From positions 1 to 40,956 of the forward strand of contig JBNGDU010000113.1 of the NCBI GenBank assembly GCA_049975025.1: DNA of 40,956 nucleotides, written 5' to 3'. A program made the position numbers and the translations under genes. The notes beneath the pieces were generated by a model. It was not told the origin of the DNA and searched no databases. It was given only the letters and a program-made list of their open reading frames with translations. Shown one piece after another: positions 36,901 to 40,956 of this stretch (its first letter is position 1; each line of letters starts with the position of its first letter). The DNA comes from Anaerolineae bacterium (lineage in GTDB: Bacteria > Chloroflexota > Anaerolineae > B4-G1 > SLSP01).

Positions 36901-39601
36901 TGTCGACCGGGAGCGACGCCATCTCCGGCACGTCAGCCCACCAGTCTTCGTCCGCGGCTACATCAGGGAGGCCTGCGTACCCGACCGCCAACAGCCCGAC
37001 ATCCTCCAGGTTCTGGTGCGTGCGGCGGTGCGTGGCTCCCAGCTCCCATAGCCCGACGAAAGAGAGATAGTCGCGATAGCGTTGCTCGGCCTTAGCATCG
37101 CGTTTGAACTTGCTTGTGCTCTTGCGGAAGTTGGGCAAGACGTGATGGCGCTGCTGGCCCTCAAACAACAGGTTGCCAACCTCCTGCAGCCTCAATCCCT
37201 CGCCGTTCCCCCAGATGTGGCCCGCCTCCTTGAGCGCCGTGTAGAGTGTCTGACGGAAGGTGAAACGACGATGCAGGCTGTTCATGTGGGCCGCCTGAAG
37301 CGCGGTGTCCTGCCGGTTGTCCGAGAAGGCGATCACCTTGTTGGCTTCTGCCGGGAGCGACTGCACTTGGGCGCTCACGAGAACGTCGGTGGCGGTGGAA
37401 CGCCCCACGGAACCAAAGGTGAAGAGCTTGTTGTACTCCCGTGACCGCCGGTCGTGTACGATGCCGCAGCTTGGACACAGAAGGAAGGGTGCCGGCAGAA
37501 ACGTGACCGGAAACGCCCGTGGATGCGTGCAGACCGGACGACTGTCATCTCGCCCTTCGCCATCCTGCCTACCTGGACTGATGAGCGAGCCCCTGTAAGG
37601 CAGGTCTGACAGCAGCTGACCACAATCAGGACAGACATACATCGGTGACGGCACGACATCCTGATAGCCATGCTTTCCACCGCGAACCTTGCCGGTCTTC
37701 GTACGCCAGTGGTCCGGCAGCTCGATCTCCTCATGGCCACGCATAAGATAACCGGCTTTCCCCAGCAGGTCGACCGCGTCCAACTCGGCTGGATGGAGGC
37801 GATCCTCCTCATCAACGGCGACCGACCAATACTCCTGTCCACAAGCCCGGCAGAAGACTAGGGGAAAGGTCGGCACTCCGGGGCGACCAGCCTCCGCACA
37901 GACCGGGCAGACGCGTTCCCCGCGGTCGTTGAGATGCGGGTCGCGCGGATCCAGGCACGCCGAGATTGCGCGCCCCTGCGAGAAGAAAGCGTGGAGTTTG
38001 AGGGCCAGGCGATGCTCGTCATCACCGTCTCGGTCGCCCTGCTGCTTTAGGAGCGTGGCGGCCACCTCTTCAGGTGTCATCTGCGCGCCATCGGCCAGAT
38101 CGGGCAGCGCCAGAGGGCCCCCTGTCAGCGCGTCGGCAAGCCGGTGGACGTCAGGATCGAGATCCGCAGGCCACGGTGCGTATGACTCCGTCACCACGTT
38201 GGCTGCATCGAAGGGCTCGCCGGAAAGCTTAGTCGCGAAGTCGGCGACAGCTTCCCCGGCGCTCGTCTCGCCGGTGCTCTCAACGGTGGCGCTGGTCGCG
38301 ATGCAGCGCAGCTTACCCGTCGTCCCCGTATGTTGCTTCAGTCGCCGGATCAGCGCGGCGACATCGGCCCCTCGCTTGCCGGTGTATGTGTGGACCTCGT
38401 CCAAGACAAGGAACTTGAGCACGCCCGGCGCTGCAAACAGCTTCCGATCCTCGAAGCGCGTCAAGAGCAGCTCCAGCATCACGTAATTGGTCATCAGGAT
38501 GTCCGGCGGCTGGGTCTGGATCCGCTCTCGCGAGAGGATCTCACTGTCGTAGGGTGTCTCACGTCCGGTAGCGCGCTTATGCTGGTCCAGGGCCTCGCCC
38601 TCCGAGGACGGCGTGTCCCCAGTGTAGCGGGCGATCGTCAAACCGCTGCCGTGGAGGCGCGCAGCAAAGTCGTCATACTGGGAGTTGGCCAGGGCGTTCA
38701 TCGGGTAGACAATCACGGCTTTGATGCCTCGTGTGCCCGGCCCGCCCCGATCTCGGTCGCGCAGTGCCTGAGAGACGATCGGAATGCCGAAGGCAAAGGA
38801 CTTGCCCGACCCTGTGCCCGTCGCGACCACGACGTTGGCGCCGGCACTGTCCCCATAGCCCATCCCAGCGTCGCCAAGGATCGCGCGAACGGCCTCGGTC
38901 TGATGCCGGTAAGGCGCGATCGGGGGCGATTCGGGGTCGTCCAGGTCGCGGCGGAAAACTCTGAGAACCCCCGGATGCAACAGGCCTCCATCAACCAAAG
39001 CAGGAAGCGATTCCCCCGATGCAAAGGGACGCGAGAGTTGGATATAGGGCGGCTTCCAAAGCAGCGTCCCATTCTGGATCCGCTCCATCACCCAGTCGCG
39101 AATCGCCGGGTCCTGGAAGCGCTGGAAGGTCTCGACGTAGGTCCGGTAGTCGGCTCGTACGTGCTCCAGGATCTTGAAGGGGTCGACTGCTGTCACCGGT
39201 GGCCTCACCGTGACCGGAAAACTCACCGTTTCCGACGGGCGTGGGGACAGATCTTGCGAGGTGCCGGCTCGGGACGGCTCTGGGGGTGGCTGTGTCCCGG
39301 GGGCGGACTTTGCCCCAGGGGCGGGCTTTACCCCCTCGCTCAGGGCCGACATGATCGCCGGCATAAAGGCTTGTTGCACGTCGGGACGCATCGTGTGCAC
39401 CAGAAGCGCGTTGGACAACACCGCCGGGGATCGGACCGCGACGATGGCCTTGCACATCACCTCAGCGAACTCCGACGTCACCCGCTCGACGTGGGTGAAA
39501 TCGAGCTGTGCGTCCTCCTCGCTGACCCTTGTTGCCAGCTCGTGTGCCAGTGTTGAATCATCCAAGACGGCTTGTGTCAAGACAACGTTATTGTCGGACA
39601 T
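33983..39601 (-). CDS. 1872-aa SF2 DEVH-box helicase fused to a DUF1998/MrfA-type Zn-binding domain and a C-terminal Vsr/DUF559-like endonuclease (DruE-like architecture)
   Basis: Walker A ATGTGSGKS (38798-38824), DEVH (38390-38401), SAT, motif IV VIAFSDNRQD, motifs V/VI TPTMELGIDIG and QRAGRAGR (36089-36112). DUF1998-type GEGFLPGYAFP and GCEQACYACLLSFYNQ..H..LDR. C-terminal ADFYYEPRIVVFVDGSPH...RRRLKALGYRVVVVR. GGAGG SD at 39606-39610. Confidence 0.85.
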   Translation of the reverse strand: MSDNNVVLTQAVLDDSTLAHELATRVSEEDAQLDFTHVERVTSEFAEVMCKAIVAVRSPAVLSNALLVHTMRPDVQQAFMPAIMSALSEGVKPAPGAKSAPGTQPPPEPSRAGTSQDLSPRPSETVSFPVTVRPPVTAVDPFKILEHVRADYRTYVETFQRFQDPAIRDWVMERIQNGTLLWKPPYIQLSRPFASGESLPALVDGGLLHPGVLRVFRRDLDDPESPPIAPYRHQTEAVRAILGDAGMGYGDSAGANVVVATGTGSGKSFAFGIPIVSQALRDRDRGGPGTRGIKAVIVYPMNALANSQYDDFAARLHGSGLTIARYTGDTPSSEGEALDQHKRATGRETPYDSEILSRERIQTQPPDILMTNYVMLELLLTRFEDRKLFAAPGVLKFLVLDEVHTYTGKRGADVAALIRRLKQHTGTTGKLRCIATSATVESTGETSAGEAVADFATKLSGEPFDAANVVTESYAPWPADLDPDVHRLADALTGGPLALPDLADGAQMTPEEVAATLLKQQGDRDGDDEHRLALKLHAFFSQGRAISACLDPRDPHLNDRGERVCPVCAEAGRPGVPTFPLVFCRACGQEYWSVAVDEEDRLHPAELDAVDLLGKAGYLMRGHEEIELPDHWRTKTGKVRGGKHGYQDVVPSPMYVCPDCGQLLSDLPYRGSLISPGRQDGEGRDDSRPVCTHPRAFPVTFLPAPFLLCPSCGIVHDRRSREYNKLFTFGSVGRSTATDVLVSAQVQSLPAEANKVIAFSDNRQDTALQAAHMNSLHRRFTFRQTLYTALKEAGHIWGNGEGLRLQEVGNLLFEGQQRHHVLPNFRKSTSKFKRDAKAEQRYRDYLSFVGLWELGATHRRTHQNLEDVGLLAVGYAGLPDVAADEDWWADVPEMASLPVDIRYDLLLGLMDILRKRLALPYSPILEPLKFARDILGNLNEEAFIHDDTFRGPIGYSDSAPNRFPLTVYRLTTSANTQPMVWLRRVFDAIGEPVDFESAQRLLGRIVEKLGDPRAEFLVRRTASPYRTRRRFDLWMLSPDVLLWADQASEHWRCPKCGTVHRFRTLRVCTGSTCRTTLEERDLTDNYFRKVYATPLGQAMPVTAEEHSGQVGGRERREIEIRFRDPEDPLNVLVCTPTMELGIDIGHLNAVTLRNVPPSPSNYAQRAGRAGRSGQAALISVFAGVGSARGPHDQYFYRFPEKMIAGAIAAPRFRLDNEALLTSHIHALVLETLGLLGAQRLPGKPQDLLDHSRPDAHYPLFADWRAAYQQGIETHFARIVEAVESAFAAEMVRFAWLDRPFIEEVIRGFVPTLDLKMERWRTEYERLDAEREAINVTLGSEHVDPSLSRRRDVIERKLQRMREGHGDWYLYRYLGGEGFLPGYAFPPQATILSFNDREDELARDPEIALGEYAPGNFVYYRGEQYAVTHARPRRRRVYDESGKGEMELDIEPVQICPECQRAYVGQAEVGRARCDCGADLTIVHGQKAMGMVDMYAQARARITADEEERRRRGYVTSSHYRAGGEQQAYTVSRRRLEAFRMTLEHNGEVLRINQGPPDAEGRPEGFTLCRKCHAWLLGDNAPDKHVYTPQAQGECPRHAGPEDLERGLWLTTSIRSDLALFDVPLPEGVPLDQAESFYVTLTHTLLRALLVAFNLDERELNGFLAPVPQDAETEQVIRYRIVLYETTVGGSGVLASLSEPGRLMTTVDRARELLHEGDPEGGCEQACYACLLSFYNQRVHELLDRTLVLPWLQSLADLSVDAVVSEDRFGALVEQCGSDLERQVLMAIRDRALPLPDEAQKVIYDGDEPLVIADFYYEPRIVVFVDGSPHYRDYVQAADARKRRRLKALGYRVVVVRAEDPDTGLDELAAKLT

Positions 39602-39610
39602 AGGGCCTCC

Positions 39611-40956
39611 TCAGCTCAGCTTCAGCCAGTGATCGTCTGTAAGCAGACCGATGAAGGGCGACGGCAGAGAACGGTCGTAGGTGACAAAGAGATGGCGCAT
39701 CGCACGCGTGCATCCGACGTAGAAGAGACGTCGCTGATCGTAGAGATGCTCCTTGATCTCCTCCGGGTCGGTCGCTTGTGAGTCGCGCGGCAGCCGATCG
39801 GCCTCGACGTGTGCGATGGCCACCACGGGGAACTCGAGCCCCTTCGCCGCGTGGAGCGTCATCACCTTCACGCATCGTTCCTCCAAGCGCACCTCCCGGC
39901 TTGAGACATAGCGCGCGGGCAACCCCTGTGCCTGCAGCAGGTGGGCTAAGTTCTCCGCCAGGTTGTTGCTCGGGACCAGAACAGCAGCGCTGTTGACCGG
40001 CAGCCTCAACTCCTGCGCCGATCTCCAGAGCTGCTCGGCCAGCCAGCGCGCCTGGTCGCCGGTTCCCTCCGCGGCGTAGCCCACGGGCAGAGCGCCCGCG
40101 TGGACATACTCCTGCTCTGCCGCTTCCCCGTCGGCGTCCTCCATGCCCGTCAGGACATCGTGGGCCGCCATCGCGATCTGCCTGGTGCTACGATAGTTGC
40201 GACGCAAGATGCGTGTGCGTCCCTGCACCCGGAGTTGGTTGTGGACGTTCTTCCAGCGGAAGCCGCGGTTGTAGAGCGACTGGTTGGCATCGGCAGTGAG
40301 GAAAAGGCCCGCCGGATCCCGGCAAAGCTCGACACAGAGCGCTAGGGCGACCGGCGTCAGGTCCTGCGCCTCGTCCACGATGACGTAGTCCCACCGCTGA
40401 TCGAAGGCACCCGTCTGGACTAGCTCCAGCGCGGCCTGCCGTAGTTGTCCCCAGGTCATCAGCTCGCGGCGCTGCAGGTGGTCAATATACGCCGTGTAGA
40501 GCTCCCAGACCCGCTCGCGCAGCGAACGGCTGAAGGGGATGCCCCGACCAACGCGCTGGGCGTGGTAGTAGTCCTCCAGGGTCCGGCAGTTCTGGCCCTC
40601 GATGATCCACGTGAACTCATCGAGCAGATAGCGATCGTGCAGGTGATCCAGCGCGCCGGCAGCCAGCAGCGTCTCCAAACCCTCGAGCGCCGGCTGGGGG
40701 CCTGCCGTGCGGGCATAGTGAAGCGCCTCCCGGCGTGCGTCGTCGTCGACCATACGCTCTCTCACGCCACCCCTGCGGACGATCCACATCGCGACCTTGT
40801 CCACGGTCGTCACACGAATGGCAGGGGGCAGACGACCGTGCACCAGGCCTAGACCATCGCGCAACAGCTGGTGTAGTAGCGACTCGCTGAAGTTGGTGAG
40901 CGCATTGGTGAAGGTCGTGAAAAGCAGGCTCGGGACTTCGCCCGTCTCCTCTAGAG
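39611..40956 (-). CDS. UvrD/Rep-like SF1 helicase, N-terminus truncated by the window edge
   Basis: The frame stays open to 40956. Motif Ia LLFTTFTNAL, II YVIVDEAQD, III LTADANQSLY, IV RRNYRST, V TLHAAKGLEFPVV, VI FYVGCTRA. The Walker A motif lies outside the window. Confidence 0.85.
   Translation of the reverse strand, partial: LEETGEVPSLLFTTFTNALTNFSESLLHQLLRDGLGLVHGRLPPAIRVTTVDKVAMWIVRRGGVRERMVDDDARREALHYARTAGPQPALEGLETLLAAGALDHLHDRYLLDEFTWIIEGQNCRTLEDYYHAQRVGRGIPFSRSLRERVWELYTAYIDHLQRRELMTWGQLRQAALELVQTGAFDQRWDYVIVDEAQDLTPVALALCVELCRDPAGLFLTADANQSLYNRGFRWKNVHNQLRVQGRTRILRRNYRSTRQIAMAAHDVLTGMEDADGEAAEQEYVHAGALPVGYAAEGTGDQARWLAEQLWRSAQELRLPVNSAAVLVPSNNLAENLAHLLQAQGLPARYVSSREVRLEERCVKVMTLHAAKGLEFPVVAIAHVEADRLPRDSQATDPEEIKEHLYDQRRLFYVGCTRAMRHLFVTYDRSLPSPFIGLLTDDHWLKLS

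Noticed and set aside
39611-40956. Reading the compact UvrD-like helicase as GajB of a Gabija system
   Set aside because: No GajA-like OLD/TOPRIM ATPase-nuclease is visible. The downstream partner is a DUF1998 helicase, which is not part of Gabija. This cannot be fully excluded, because the upstream neighbour lies outside the window.

Overview
High-GC bacterial chromosomal window with about 30 protein genes. I found no rRNA, tRNA, CRISPR array or transposase. The taxon is not determinable from here; lipobox-anchored binding proteins and an SqdX-like glycosyltransferase fit a Chloroflexota-like organism, but that is a guess.

Left 16 kb: a phosphate (Pho) neighbourhood. It holds galT, a PhoP/PhoB-type regulator with a PhoR-like kinase, and a divergent SqdX/SQD2-like glycosyltransferase. 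Next come two paralogous oxyanion-SBP-like surface proteins (one fused to a vWA domain), a 2-TM coiled-coil protein, a second orphan PhoB-like regulator, and pstS-pstC-pstA-pstB-phoU. Two AT-rich intergenic regions carry TTAAC-type direct repeats phased at 11 bp (Pho-box-like). pstS contains a base-perfect 720-bp tandem duplication, giving a two-domain PstS. The adjacent pstA is double length because a circularly permuted PstS-like domain sits in its first periplasmic loop.

Middle: SDR and flavin-reductase genes, then a six-gene minus-strand operon (cupin, UPF0261/Tm-1-like, PEP-hydrolase-like TIM barrel, pxpABC). After that come a ParB-like/USP fusion, a GHL10 hydrolase, a SixA-like phosphatase, an aldo-keto reductase, a multi-TM GAF histidine kinase and two oxidoreductases.

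Right end (33.9 kb to the edge): the most system-like candidate. A UvrD-like SF1 helicase, truncated by the window edge, is translationally coupled to a 1872-aa protein. That protein combines an SF2 DEVH helicase, DUF1998/MrfA-type Zn-binding region and C-terminal Vsr/DUF559-like endonuclease. It resembles DruE/DrmAB, but no known partner genes are visible.

All calls rest on motif reading of the ORF translations and the DNA. No database searches were run.
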